This document shows positions 9,346-19,215 of a stretch of DNA of 64,000 bases, piece by piece. The notes under the pieces were generated by a model that saw only the letters and a list, made by a program, of their open reading frames with translations, did no database searches and was not told the DNA's origin. Each line of letters starts with the position of its first letter. Position 1 is the stretch's first letter. Made by a program: the position numbers and the translations under genes. Source of the DNA: Vicingaceae bacterium (GTDB lineage Bacteria > Bacteroidota > Bacteroidia > Flavobacteriales_E > Vicingaceae); the NCBI GenBank assembly GCA_965218715.1, contig CBDCLY010000006.1, positions 43,171 through 107,170 on the forward strand, read 5' to 3'.

Positions 9346-10701
9346 ATGAGAGTACACTTCATTGCAATTGGTGGCAGCGCCATGCACAATTTGGCCATGG
9401 CTTTAAAACAAAACGGTTTTGAAGTAAGTGGTTCTGATGATCAGATATTTGAACCTTCTAGGAGTAGATTGGCATCTAGAGGTCTACTTCCAGCAAAAAT
9501 GGGTTGGGATGAAAATAACATCAACAGTGGTTTAGATGCCGTAATTCTTGGAATGCATGCAAAACCTGACAATCCGGAATTAAAGAAGGCTCAAGAAATG
9601 GGTGTGGCCATTTATTCCTATCCAGAATACTTGTACGAACAATCTAAAAACAAAAAAAGAGTGGTAATTGGCGGTAGCCATGGTAAGACTTCCATTACCG
9701 CTATGATCTTACACGTTTTAAGTTATCATAAAAGAGAGTTTGATTACATGGTTGGTGCTCAGCTAGATGGCTTTGATACCATGGTAAAATTGAGTGATGC
9801 CCCTTTAATCATTTTAGAAGGGGATGAATACTTGAGTTCTCCCATTGATAGGCGGCCAAAATTTCATTGGTACAAACCTCATGTGGCTGTATTAAGTGGA
9901 ATTGCATGGGATCACATCAATGTATTTCCAACATTCGACATTTATGTAGAGCAGTTTAAACGCTTTATTGAGAGTATGGATGAGCATGGAAAGCTGTTTT
10001 ACTACAAAGGTGATGAAGAATTGAAATCGCTTTGTGAAAAGGGAAATTTTCAAGTTAGCTGTCAGGGATACCAAGAGCATTTGCACAAGGTGGAAAACGA
10101 GCAAAGTACATTGCTTGAAGGCGATGAATCGATCCCAATTTTAGTATTTGGAAATCATAATCTCCAGAATTTAGAAGCCGCTAAGCAAGTTTGTTTGCAA
10201 TTGGACATCAACTCTGCCCAATTCTTAGAAGCCATACAACATTTTAAAGGGGCGGCAAGGCGATTAGAATTGATTGCCAAAGGAGAAAGTACTTTCATCT
10301 ACAAAGATTTTGCACATTCTCCCTCTAAACTAAAAGCCACCAGCACTGCTGTTGCCAAACAGTATCCAAGCAAAAAAGTGATTGCCTGCATGGAATTACA
10401 CACCTTTAGCAGCTTAAACAAAGAATTTTTACAGGAATATAGCGGCAGTATGTCGGCAGTGGATGAAGCAATCGTCTACTTTAACCCAGACACTTTAAAA
10501 CAAAAGGGCTTAGGAGAAATCACTAAAGTAGAAATAGAACAAGCATTTGCCCCTTCTAAAATAAGGGTGTTTCAAGATTCTGCGCTATTGCAAGCAGAAC
10601 TTAAGGCCATGAACCTTGAGCAAAGTGTCTTGGTTTTAATGACTTCAGGAAATTTCAATGGTATCAACCTGAATGAATTTGCGCAAGAATTGTTGAGCTA
10701 A
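9346..10701 (+). CDS. mpl: UDP-N-acetylmuramate:L-alanyl-gamma-D-glutamyl-meso-diaminopimelate ligase (Mur ligase family)
   Basis: N-terminus MRVHFIAIGGSAMHNLA, P-loop GGSHGKTS, and GDEY and NHNLQN motifs of Mpl/MurC-type ligases. Confidence 0.82.
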   Translation: MRVHFIAIGGSAMHNLAMALKQNGFEVSGSDDQIFEPSRSRLASRGLLPAKMGWDENNINSGLDAVILGMHAKPDNPELKKAQEMGVAIYSYPEYLYEQSKNKKRVVIGGSHGKTSITAMILHVLSYHKREFDYMVGAQLDGFDTMVKLSDAPLIILEGDEYLSSPIDRRPKFHWYKPHVAVLSGIAWDHINVFPTFDIYVEQFKRFIESMDEHGKLFYYKGDEELKSLCEKGNFQVSCQGYQEHLHKVENEQSTLLEGDESIPILVFGNHNLQNLEAAKQVCLQLDINSAQFLEAIQHFKGAARRLELIAKGESTFIYKDFAHSPSKLKATSTAVAKQYPSKKVIACMELHTFSSLNKEFLQEYSGSMSAVDEAIVYFNPDTLKQKGLGEITKVEIEQAFAPSKIRVFQDSALLQAELKAMNLEQSVLVLMTSGNFNGINLNEFAQELLS

Positions 10702-11192
10702 TGCCCGAATCCAGGAAATTTTCTGACCAAGAAACAAAGCATGGCAGAATAAAAGCTCCCTAAAAGCAAGAATCCAAGAACCGTAATGGTGGTATGGAAA
10801 AAAGGATCTAGAATGGTTTCACCAGTCTGTCTCACTTGTTCTACATTCATTCCAGAATCTTTGGCAATTTGCACTTGTTCTGATAAACGGATTTCAAAAA
10901 AGCTTGGGTCTATCCAAGAATAGTAAGCATAGGTGAAAATGGCTAAGAGCACAACAAAATTGGCGGTAACTTTCATGCTTTCTTTAAAGTCTTCCACAAA
11001 ACTAGATTGATTCAAAATCTTCTGTTTATGCGCCCTTAGACCAATAAAGATACCCACCAACAACACAAAGATGTTCGCAAAAATGGCGTATTCCCCAATC
11101 GTGGTAAATTGATTTCCAGTCAGGTAAATGCTCATTTTAATGAGCACACTTGCTGCCAACATCCAAACGGCAATGGAAAAGGAATTCTTCAT
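10698..11192 (-). CDS. Small 4-TM membrane protein, DUF4199-like
   Basis: 164 aa with hydrophobic helices. The architecture resembles Bacteroidota DUF4199; assignment from memory. Confidence 0.5.
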   Translation of the reverse strand: MKNSFSIAVWMLAASVLIKMSIYLTGNQFTTIGEYAIFANIFVLLVGIFIGLRAHKQKILNQSSFVEDFKESMKVTANFVVLLAIFTYAYYSWIDPSFFEIRLSEQVQIAKDSGMNVEQVRQTGETILDPFFHTTITVLGFLLLGSFYSAMLCFLVRKFPGFGH

Positions 11193-11195
11193 GAA

Positions 11196-12860
11196 TTATC
11201 TATTCATTGAAATCAAAAACTCGTCGTTGTCTCTTGTTTTTCCAATGCGATCTTTTAAGAAGTCCATTGCCTCAACTGGATTCATGTCGGCAATGTGATT
11301 TCTAAGAATCCACATTCTTTGAGTAATGTCTTTACCCAATAAGAGGTCTTCTTTACGGGTAGAAGAAGAAACGATATCGATAGCAGGATAAATTCTTCTA
11401 TTGGAGATTTTTCTATCCAATTGCAGCTCCATGTTACCCGTTCCTTTAAACTCTTCAAAGATGACTTCATCCATTTTAGAACCAGTATCGGTAAGGGCTG
11501 TAGAAAGTATGGTTAAAGAACCACCATTTTCTATTTTTCTTGCAGCACCAAAGAATCGTTTTGGTTTATGCAAGGCATTCGCATCAACACCACCAGAAAG
11601 TACTTTTCCAGAAGCAGGAGAAACGGTATTGTATGCTCTAGCTAAACGAGTTATTGAATCTAAAAGAATTACCACATCATGACCACATTCAGTCATTCTT
11701 TTAGCTTTCTCCAAAACAATGTTGGCCACTTTTACATGACGATCTGCTGGTTCATCAAAAGTGGATGCAATTACTTCTGCATTTACACTTCTTGCCATAT
11801 CGGTTACCTCTTCAGGACGTTCATCAATCAATAATATGATCAAATACACTTCAGGGTGATTGGCTGCGATAGAATTGGCAATCTCTTTCAATAAAGTGGT
11901 TTTACCAGTCTTAGGCTGAGAAACAATTAATCCACGCTGACCTTTACCAATTGGTGTAAACAAATCGATAATTCTTGTAGATAATGATTCGTCTTTATGC
12001 CCGGTTAAAGTAAATTTCTCATAAGGGAACAAAGGAGTTAAGTAATCAAATGGCACACGGTCTCTAATGTATTCTGGAGCACGACCATTAATTTCATCTA
12101 CCTTAATTAAAGGGAAATACTTTTCACCTTCTTTTGGGGGTCTTACCGTTCCTCTAACCGTATCACCAGTTTTTAACCCGAAGAGTTTTACTTGAGATTG
12201 AGAAACATAAACATCATCTGGAGAATTTAGGTAATTGTAATCCGAAGATCTTAAGAACCCATAGCCATCTGGCATCATTTCCAATACCCCTTCACTGCTA
12301 ATGATTCCGTCGAAATCATAAGCTGGTTTTTTAGGAGTATGTTGTTTTTGCTCTCTGTTTTGATTGTGATTTTGATTGTGGTCCTTTTTTCTACCACCAT
12401 TCTGATCGTCTCTCTTTTCTCTACCTTGTTTGTTCTGAGCTTGATTAGCATCTTCTTTAGAAGAATTGTTTTGTTGAGCCTGAGGTTTTGGCTTATTGTC
12501 TTTGGCAGAAGGAGCAGGAACACCGGCTGGTCTAACTTTCTTTGGGTAAGCTACCTTGGGTTTTTCATCTGCTTGTTCTTTGCTTGCAGCTTCAGGTTTT
12601 TTAGACTCTTTGGTCTCTTCCATGTTGTCTGCTTTTGCTGGAGCTGGTTTAGCAGCTCTTGGTTTCTTGGCCGCAGCAGGTTTAGCTTTTGGAGCTGGAG
12701 AATCAGCTTTAAGCGCCTGAGGGTTAACGGCTTGATGATCCAATATCTGATAAATTAGATCTTCTTTTTTAAGTTTTTGATATTTTTTAATCTCTAATGT
12801 CTTAGCGATTTCTTTTAATTCGGTAACCGTTTTCTGGTTAAGCTGTAATATGTCGTACAT
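11196..12860 (-). CDS. rho: Transcription termination factor Rho with ~135-aa low-complexity N-terminal insertion
   Basis: Conserved RNA-binding region ([15 protein letters not shown]) and Walker A (PKTGKTTLL). The C-terminal ATPase domain is conserved to the end. 554 aa versus 419 aa in E. coli. Confidence 0.95.
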   Translation of the reverse strand: MYDILQLNQKTVTELKEIAKTLEIKKYQKLKKEDLIYQILDHQAVNPQALKADSPAPKAKPAAAKKPRAAKPAPAKADNMEETKESKKPEAASKEQADEKPKVAYPKKVRPAGVPAPSAKDNKPKPQAQQNNSSKEDANQAQNKQGREKRDDQNGGRKKDHNQNHNQNREQKQHTPKKPAYDFDGIISSEGVLEMMPDGYGFLRSSDYNYLNSPDDVYVSQSQVKLFGLKTGDTVRGTVRPPKEGEKYFPLIKVDEINGRAPEYIRDRVPFDYLTPLFPYEKFTLTGHKDESLSTRIIDLFTPIGKGQRGLIVSQPKTGKTTLLKEIANSIAANHPEVYLIILLIDERPEEVTDMARSVNAEVIASTFDEPADRHVKVANIVLEKAKRMTECGHDVVILLDSITRLARAYNTVSPASGKVLSGGVDANALHKPKRFFGAARKIENGGSLTILSTALTDTGSKMDEVIFEEFKGTGNMELQLDRKISNRRIYPAIDIVSSSTRKEDLLLGKDITQRMWILRNHIADMNPVEAMDFLKDRIGKTRDNDEFLISMNR

Positions 12861-12978
12861 GAAAATAATTAATGTGCTATTGTATTTTTAGAAGAACTTG
12901 TGATGTTCAATTGAGAAGTTGAGAGAAAGTGGTTAGGAACCGTTCAACTATGCAAGTATACTAATATTTATTGGAAGC

Positions 12979-14004
12979 TTAGGATTCTTTTAATTTATAG
13001 ATATTTTCTATGATCTCTACTACCTTCATGCCTTCCAGCATGTTGGTTGTTGCTACCTTTTCATTCTTTAAGGTTTCAACCACATTTTGTATCACCATTT
13101 GGTGGTTAGCAGCCGAACCTTTATACTTTCCATAATCATTGGGTGGCAAAGTACTTTCCAATTCAGGCATTTCATAGTCCTGCACGTCGCAATAGACAAT
13201 TTCGTTCATGTATTGTCCACCAACCTTTACACTGCCCTTCTCCCCTATTATACTGATGCTGCTTTCCATGTTTTTATTGGCCACTGCTGTGGAATAGTTT
13301 AAACTACCAGCTCCACCATTTACAAAATCGAAATGGACCAATCCAGAATCTTCAAATTCTGTAGTTTTTTGATGGTTGAAATCATAAAATTTTGCTGAGA
13401 TGTTCTCAATATCGCCCATCAACCAAAACATGGTATCAATGAAATGACTGAATTGAGTGAATAATGTTCCGCCATCCAATGCGAGTTTCCCTTTCCAATA
13501 ATTGGGATCACCACCATTGTAATAATCGCTATCTCTATTCCAAAAGCAATTGATGTTGACCAAGTAAATCTCACCCAATCTTTTTTCTTCAATGATTTGT
13601 TTTAACCAAGCAGAGGGCGGACTGTAACGGTTTTGCATCACACAGAATGCTTTTCTATCTGCCTGCAAAGCTTCGAAAATAACGGCTTCCGCATCCTTTT
13701 TATTCAATGCCATTGGTTTTTCAATGACTACATGGCATTTGTTTTTTAGCACAGTAAGCGACTGACTAGCATGTAAATGGTTAGGTGTGCAAACATTTAC
13801 CACATCAAGCTCAATATCAGAAGCAAACAAATCTTCTAAATTTTTAAAATAGGGAACATTAAATTCTGCTAAATCCAGGTCTTCTTCTGGCAATACATCC
13901 ACCAATGCAACCAGTTCAGTATCAGCGTTTAACTGAATCATACTGGCGTGTCTTTTACCTATTCTACCTGCTCCAACTACCGCGAATTTTAGTTTATTTC
14001 CCAT
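12979..14004 (-). CDS. Gfo/Idh/MocA family NAD(P)-dependent oxidoreductase (sugar-nucleotide dehydrogenase-like)
   Basis: Rossmann motif VVGAGRIGKRH, plus EKP and GGTLFTQFSHFID motifs. Confidence 0.85.
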   Translation of the reverse strand: MGNKLKFAVVGAGRIGKRHASMIQLNADTELVALVDVLPEEDLDLAEFNVPYFKNLEDLFASDIELDVVNVCTPNHLHASQSLTVLKNKCHVVIEKPMALNKKDAEAVIFEALQADRKAFCVMQNRYSPPSAWLKQIIEEKRLGEIYLVNINCFWNRDSDYYNGGDPNYWKGKLALDGGTLFTQFSHFIDTMFWLMGDIENISAKFYDFNHQKTTEFEDSGLVHFDFVNGGAGSLNYSTAVANKNMESSISIIGEKGSVKVGGQYMNEIVYCDVQDYEMPELESTLPPNDYGKYKGSAANHQMVIQNVVETLKNEKVATTNMLEGMKVVEIIENIYKLKES

Positions 14005-14051
14005 TGCTAAGATTAATGCTTCACAATTATACCACTATTCGAATAAGTAAT

Positions 14052-14059
14052 TACTTTTG
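14052..14059 (+). promoter_or_regulatory. Candidate Bacteroidota -7 promoter box (TACTTTTG, fits TAnnTTTG) upstream of galE
   Basis: Exact match to the TAnnTTTG consensus, 17 nt upstream of ATG 14076. Single-motif evidence only. Confidence 0.3.
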
Positions 14060-14075
14060 AAACCAATAAAATTAT

Positions 14076-15080
14076 ATGAAAGTACTAGTTACAGGAGGAG
14101 CAGGATACATTGGTTCCCACACCATTATCGCTTTGCATGAAATGGGATATCGTTCGATCGTTTCGGCAGATAATTACCTCAATTCAGATGAGAAGGAATA
14201 CCAAAAAATTGCATCAATTATTGGAATGGAAATCTCCTATTATGAGATTGATCTTTGTGATGCAAGGGCAACGCTGGACTTGTTTGAAAAAGAAAACTTT
14301 GATGGAGTAATTCATTTTGCGGCTTTAAAGTCTGTTCCTGAATCTGTTGAAATGCCTACTTTCTATTATCAGAATAATTTGGGTGCCTTGACTAATTTAT
14401 TGGACGCAATGAAGGCCAATGCGGTGAATCGTTTGATTTTCTCTAGCTCTTGTTCAATTTTTGGAAACCCCGAAGTACTGCCTGTCTCTGAAGACACTCC
14501 ATTTGGCGAAGCAGAATCTCCTTATGCACACACCAAACAAATTGGGGAAAAAATCATTGAAGCCCATTGTAAAACTCAAAGCAGTTTAAAAGCCTTGGCA
14601 CTTCGATATTTCAATCCTGCAGGAGCGCATCCTAGCGGAAAAATTGGTGAAGTAAAAACAAAACGCCCCAATAACCTGGTTCCTATCATTGCTCAAAATG
14701 CGGCCGGAGTGCGGGATCAGTTTGCCATATTTGGTGAAGATTATCCAACAAAAGATGGAACATGTGTTCGGGATTACATTCATGTTTCTGACATTGCCAA
14801 TGCCCACGTTTTAGGCCTGGCCTATTTGGATGACATGGACCAACAATTTGACACCTTTAATTTAGGCTCTGGTGAAGGATCTACCACACTTGAGGTTGTA
14901 AAAGAGTTTGAGAAACTTGAGGGTGTTCAATTGAATTATTCTTTAGGACCTAGAAGAGCTGGTGATGTTGCCATCATCTACGCAGATAATAAAAAGGCCA
15001 AAGAAGTTTTAAAATGGAATCCAGTGCATGGCTTAGACACCATTGTGTCCTCTGCATGGAAATGGCAGCAGAATGCCTAA
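14076..15080 (+). CDS. galE: UDP-glucose 4-epimerase
   Basis: GGAGYIGSH, SSS...YxxxK (YAHTK), RYFNPAGAH and VRDYIHV motifs. Confidence 0.9.
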   Translation: MKVLVTGGAGYIGSHTIIALHEMGYRSIVSADNYLNSDEKEYQKIASIIGMEISYYEIDLCDARATLDLFEKENFDGVIHFAALKSVPESVEMPTFYYQNNLGALTNLLDAMKANAVNRLIFSSSCSIFGNPEVLPVSEDTPFGEAESPYAHTKQIGEKIIEAHCKTQSSLKALALRYFNPAGAHPSGKIGEVKTKRPNNLVPIIAQNAAGVRDQFAIFGEDYPTKDGTCVRDYIHVSDIANAHVLGLAYLDDMDQQFDTFNLGSGEGSTTLEVVKEFEKLEGVQLNYSLGPRRAGDVAIIYADNKKAKEVLKWNPVHGLDTIVSSAWKWQQNA

Positions 15081-15547
15081 TGATGGTATTTCTCTCCTTT
15101 AATAATTGTATAAGCTCGGTACAATTGCTCTACAAAAAGCAATCGGATCATTTGATGCGTTAGGGTCATGTCTGAAAGGCTAATTTGAAAATTGGCCCTT
15201 GCGTATACTTCTTGAGAGAAGCCATAGGCACCTCCAATACAAAAGACGATTTCTTTGGGACCTGCATTGCTCCTTTTTTGAATGAATTTTGAAAAAGAAA
15301 CGGAGGAATGAGATTGGCCTCTTTCATCCAATAAAATTAATGGAGTGGCGGTTTCAATATGTTCGAGTATCAAATCCCCTTCTGCTATTTTAAGTTGATC
15401 TCCTTGGAGGTTTTTTTGTTTCTTGCTCAAACTCAATGTTTGAGTTTGAAATGAAACATAATGGCCCAATCGCTTAGTATAATCAGCTATCAATTCTTCG
15501 ATTGCTTTTGAGTTGGTGGTATTGATTTGAATCAATCTAATTTTCAT
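15077..15547 (-). CDS. rlmH: 23S rRNA (pseudouridine1915-N3)-methyltransferase
   Basis: 156 aa, SPOUT fold. Motifs LDERG, FCIGGAYG and C-terminal EQLYRAYTIIKGEKYHH. Confidence 0.9.
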   Translation of the reverse strand: MKIRLIQINTTNSKAIEELIADYTKRLGHYVSFQTQTLSLSKKQKNLQGDQLKIAEGDLILEHIETATPLILLDERGQSHSSVSFSKFIQKRSNAGPKEIVFCIGGAYGFSQEVYARANFQISLSDMTLTHQMIRLLFVEQLYRAYTIIKGEKYHH

Positions 15548-15580
15548 GTCTGCAAACTAAAGAAATCCTTACTTTTAATC

Positions 15581-15961
15581 ATGCGTTTATTCATAATTGT
15601 TCCCTTACTTTTTCTTTCAATGCTTGGCAAATCTCAAGATTTGAGCAAATTAAATGCTGCAATACAATCTGGTGAGGCAGAACAGATTCAGTCCTTTTTG
15701 GCGGAAAAAATTGATTTAGAAATAGAAGGCAAAACAAAGCGACTTAGCGCTGTTGAAGCCGCTAAATCATTGGAACGATTCTTTACTGATAATGAAGGCC
15801 TGATTTATGAGTCAAAGCATCAGGGCGGACAAAAAACTAAGACGCAATTCACCATTGGAACTTTAAGTAATGCAAGCAAAAAGTTTAGAAGTCACATATT
15901 GTATAAAACCGTGAATAATCAGGCTCAAATTATCGAACTTCGCTTCGAACTTGAAGATTAA
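15581..15961 (+). CDS. Small secreted protein, DUF4783-like
   Basis: The internal ATG 15581 gives signal peptide MRLFIIVPLLFLSMLGKSQD. The ORF-track start 15527 would overlap the divergent rlmH start. Family from memory. Confidence 0.5.
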   Translation: MRLFIIVPLLFLSMLGKSQDLSKLNAAIQSGEAEQIQSFLAEKIDLEIEGKTKRLSAVEAAKSLERFFTDNEGLIYESKHQGGQKTKTQFTIGTLSNASKKFRSHILYKTVNNQAQIIELRFELED

Positions 15962-15965
15962 GTGA

Positions 15966-16814
15966 ATGGATACAAGCGTTGAAGATTGGATTAAACTTTT
16001 TTTAAAGGAAGACGTTGGCAATGGAGACTTTTCTAGTCTATCGTGTGTTCCTAATGGGGCCAAAGGAAAAGCTAAACTTTTGGTGAAAGATGATGGCGTT
16101 TTAGCAGGAATGGATGTTGCCGAAAAGGTTTTTCAGCTTGTTGACACAAATCTCCTTTTTAATGCAATTTTAAAGGATGGGGCTAGTATAGCTCATGGTG
16201 ATATTGCATTTGAACTAAGCGGTTCTTCTCAATCCATTTTAAAAGGTGAACGATTGTGTTTAAATATTCTCCAAAGGATGAGTGGAATTGCAACTCAGAC
16301 AAGGCATTATACAGAGTTACTTAAAGGCTTAAAAACCAAAGTGCTAGATACCAGGAAAACCACACCGGGCTTTCGATATTTTGAGAAAAAAGCAGTAGAA
16401 ATTGGCGGTGGTGTAAATCATCGTTTTGGCTTGTATGATATGATCATGCTAAAAGACAATCACATTGATTACGCAGGTGGAATTAATGCAGCGATTAAGG
16501 CGTGCAAAAGCTACTTGAAAGTAAATGACCTAGACCTAAAAATTGAAGTTGAAGCTAGAAATTTAGAAGAAGTGAATGAAATTTTAGCAAGCGAGCAGGT
16601 CGACAGGATCATGTTGGACAATTTTAATTTCTCCGACATGCGGAAGGCGGTGCAATTAATCGGGTCTCAAGCTGAGACTGAAGCATCTGGAGGAATTACA
16701 GAAAGTAGTTTAAGAGCATATGCAGAATGTGGTGTTGATTACATCAGCGTTGGTGCACTTACCCATCAGATAAAAAGCCTTGATTTGAGTTTAAAAGCAG
16801 AGATGAATGCTTAA
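15966..16814 (+). CDS. nadC: Nicotinate-nucleotide diphosphorylase (carboxylating)
   Basis: Motifs DTRKTTPG, LKDNHI, IEVEARNLEE, MLDNF and ASGGI. Confidence 0.9.
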   Translation: MDTSVEDWIKLFLKEDVGNGDFSSLSCVPNGAKGKAKLLVKDDGVLAGMDVAEKVFQLVDTNLLFNAILKDGASIAHGDIAFELSGSSQSILKGERLCLNILQRMSGIATQTRHYTELLKGLKTKVLDTRKTTPGFRYFEKKAVEIGGGVNHRFGLYDMIMLKDNHIDYAGGINAAIKACKSYLKVNDLDLKIEVEARNLEEVNEILASEQVDRIMLDNFNFSDMRKAVQLIGSQAETEASGGITESSLRAYAECGVDYISVGALTHQIKSLDLSLKAEMNA

Positions 16815-17754
16815 ATCCTTCCAACAAAAGATATTGGCAACGGCCTTTGTTCAAAAGAGCATCAAGTTTTCGAAGATTGCGGTCTTACCTGGTTTTGATG
16901 GCATACCCATCTTTACGGTATTGCGTTTCTTTTTTAAAGGAATTCAGAAAGGATTGATTCCTACAAAGGCCTCGGCAATGGCCTTTAAGTTTTTCATGGC
17001 TCTATTTCCAACTATTATCTTCTTGCTAACCTTGATTCCTCACATTCCCATAGAAAACTTTGAGGCTGAGTTATTAAATATACTTGAAGACTTATTACCA
17101 GAATCGGGATATGCTTTTGCAGAAGAATCCATCGTTAATTTAGTTACTAAAACAGATGACGGCCTGCTTTCCTTTGGTTTTTTATTCGCGGTATTTTTGG
17201 CAACTAACGGAATTGATGGAATGTTACTGGCATTTAAAGACAGTTACAACACCAAAATAAAAAGAAACGCTATTCAGCAAAAAGCCAGGTCGGTGTTATT
17301 GCTTTTTATTCTAACCATATTATTGGTCATATCGATTGCAGCAATTATCATTAGCGAATACATGGTCAACTTTATCCTTGAACCTGGAAGTATCAGCTCT
17401 ATTCTATTGCTTTTGGGTAAATGGATCATCATGGGATCTTTGTGCTTTTTTGCCATTTCCTTCATCTATTACATCGGAGGTGATAGGAGTCAGAAGTGGC
17501 GATTCTTCTCGGCCGGCTCTAGCATGTCTACTTTATTGGTCTTAATTGTTTCTTTTGGCTTTGGCTACTATGTAGATAATTTTGCCAATTACAACAAGAT
17601 CTATGGCTCTATTGGAACCATCGTTGTGATCATGTTGTGGATTTACTTTAACTCCTTGGTTTTGCTTATCGGTTTTGAACTGAATGCCAGTATTCAACAA
17701 GCAGGAGTAAATGGCAAAAAAGACTTATTGGAGTCGGATTCCAAACCTTCCTAA
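16807..17754 (+). CDS. YihY/BrkB family membrane protein
   Basis: Six-TM protein with C-terminal YGSIGTIVVIMLWIYFNSLVLLIGFELN motif. Confidence 0.8.
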   Translation: MLKSFQQKILATAFVQKSIKFSKIAVLPGFDGIPIFTVLRFFFKGIQKGLIPTKASAMAFKFFMALFPTIIFLLTLIPHIPIENFEAELLNILEDLLPESGYAFAEESIVNLVTKTDDGLLSFGFLFAVFLATNGIDGMLLAFKDSYNTKIKRNAIQQKARSVLLLFILTILLVISIAAIIISEYMVNFILEPGSISSILLLLGKWIIMGSLCFFAISFIYYIGGDRSQKWRFFSAGSSMSTLLVLIVSFGFGYYVDNFANYNKIYGSIGTIVVIMLWIYFNSLVLLIGFELNASIQQAGVNGKKDLLESDSKPS

Positions 17755-19212
17755 GGTTCTATCAACATATTCATTGATATCATCAGACAGTTTAAAATAG
17801 TATACTGGCAAAGCAATGCTGAGTGTTATTACGATGCTTCTGTAGATCGTATCCAAATAAAAGGAATGCCAGTAAGGCAAATACTCTCCAATTAGAAAGG
17901 CAATGAACAAAATGATTAAGACGGCCAATGTCTCTTTGGTAAATGGCTGAACCTTCAGTTTGGCATAAACATAGAAAAAGCGAACGAGGTTAAACAAAAC
18001 GATGGAAAGGGCTGTTGCAAAGGCCGCTCCTTCTATTCCCCAAATTGGAATACAGTAAAGATTGGTTAAAATGGTAAGCACCGCCAATAGCAAAGAGGTG
18101 GTGGTATCGAACCTAAAAAACTTGGAAACATTGATTATTTGTCCGTTTACACCAAAAATCATGTTCACCATTCTGGCACCTGACAATAATAAAAACACCC
18201 ACTTCCCCGTAGCATAAATTTCTCTTTGCAGGGTGAAAAAATTGTCTAGGCTGCTCCACATCAAAACAAAAATACTTCCTCCTATTAGAAACTGGGTCAA
18301 AGAAGTTTTCTGGTAAAGGATTTGAATTTCATCCATCTTTTTTTCTTTCCAACTTTTTGCCATTAGCGGGAAAGAAATCTTTCCAATGGCATCTGCAGGA
18401 ATATTGATCAGAATAGAAAGGTACACGGCATTGGCATATACAGCAGTGGAGCTCAAACCTATCATAGCGCCTATCATTAGCGCATCTATCTTATTCACCA
18501 AAACAGAAGAAACACCTGAAAGAATTGAGAACAAGCTATAATTGGCATAGACCTTTTTTAGTTTGCCAGAGAAAAGCTTTTTATTGATGCTAAACTCTAA
18601 CTCCTTTCTTTTGCTTAAATATTGAATAAACAACAATATGCTTAGCACATAAGAGAAAACAAAACAGATGAGGAAGCCATGGAAGTCGAGGTGTTTTAAG
18701 TAAACCAAGAACAACAATAAACTTGTAATCAATCGATTAAAAATGCTTTTTAAAAATACAGCATAAGCCGTTTTGGCTCTCGATTGCAAATAACTTTCAA
18801 ATACATTGTTATACAACAAAAGAAAAGACAACGGGAAAATGATCCAGAAATAATCTACCAAAAGTGCACTCTTTTCTATGTAGAAATTGATGACTTGGTC
18901 CTTAAAAATGAGCAATGCTAGACCTACCAAAAGAAAGCCAAGGAGAGAAACCAGCAACCCAATGCTTAATAAACCATTGTCTGATTTGCCTTCTCGATTA
19001 AAAAAGGGAAAAAATTTAACTAGACTTCTATAAGTGCCTAAATGAGCAACCTGAGAATAGATGACTGCTGCATCCAGCAAAATGCTTCTTAAGCCAAACT
19101 CTTCTGGCTCGAACCAGCGGTTCATTAAAAGAGCAACATTAACAAAACCAATGACTACTCCAAGATAACTGAAGAAGGTTGCGTTAGAGGCTTGTTTTGA
19201 GACGATTCCCAA
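17725..19212 (-). CDS. Oligosaccharide/polysaccharide flippase (MOP superfamily, Wzx-like)
   Basis: 495 aa, about 12-14 TM, located at the edge of the sugar-nucleotide gene block. TTG start. Confidence 0.72.
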   Translation of the reverse strand: MGIVSKQASNATFFSYLGVVIGFVNVALLMNRWFEPEEFGLRSILLDAAVIYSQVAHLGTYRSLVKFFPFFNREGKSDNGLLSIGLLVSLLGFLLVGLALLIFKDQVINFYIEKSALLVDYFWIIFPLSFLLLYNNVFESYLQSRAKTAYAVFLKSIFNRLITSLLLFLVYLKHLDFHGFLICFVFSYVLSILLFIQYLSKRKELEFSINKKLFSGKLKKVYANYSLFSILSGVSSVLVNKIDALMIGAMIGLSSTAVYANAVYLSILINIPADAIGKISFPLMAKSWKEKKMDEIQILYQKTSLTQFLIGGSIFVLMWSSLDNFFTLQREIYATGKWVFLLLSGARMVNMIFGVNGQIINVSKFFRFDTTTSLLLAVLTILTNLYCIPIWGIEGAAFATALSIVLFNLVRFFYVYAKLKVQPFTKETLAVLIILFIAFLIGEYLPYWHSFYLDTIYRSIVITLSIALPVYYFKLSDDINEYVDRTLGRFGIRLQ

Positions 19213-19215
19213 AAG

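Noticed and set aside
12275-12758. Long ORFs on both strands (139 aa plus-strand, 82 aa minus-strand alternative frame) inside the rho insert region
   Set aside because: They lie entirely within the low-complexity K/P/A/N/Q-coding segment of rho. Their products are repetitive F/L/S-rich or K-rich strings typical of frame artefacts of biased sequence.
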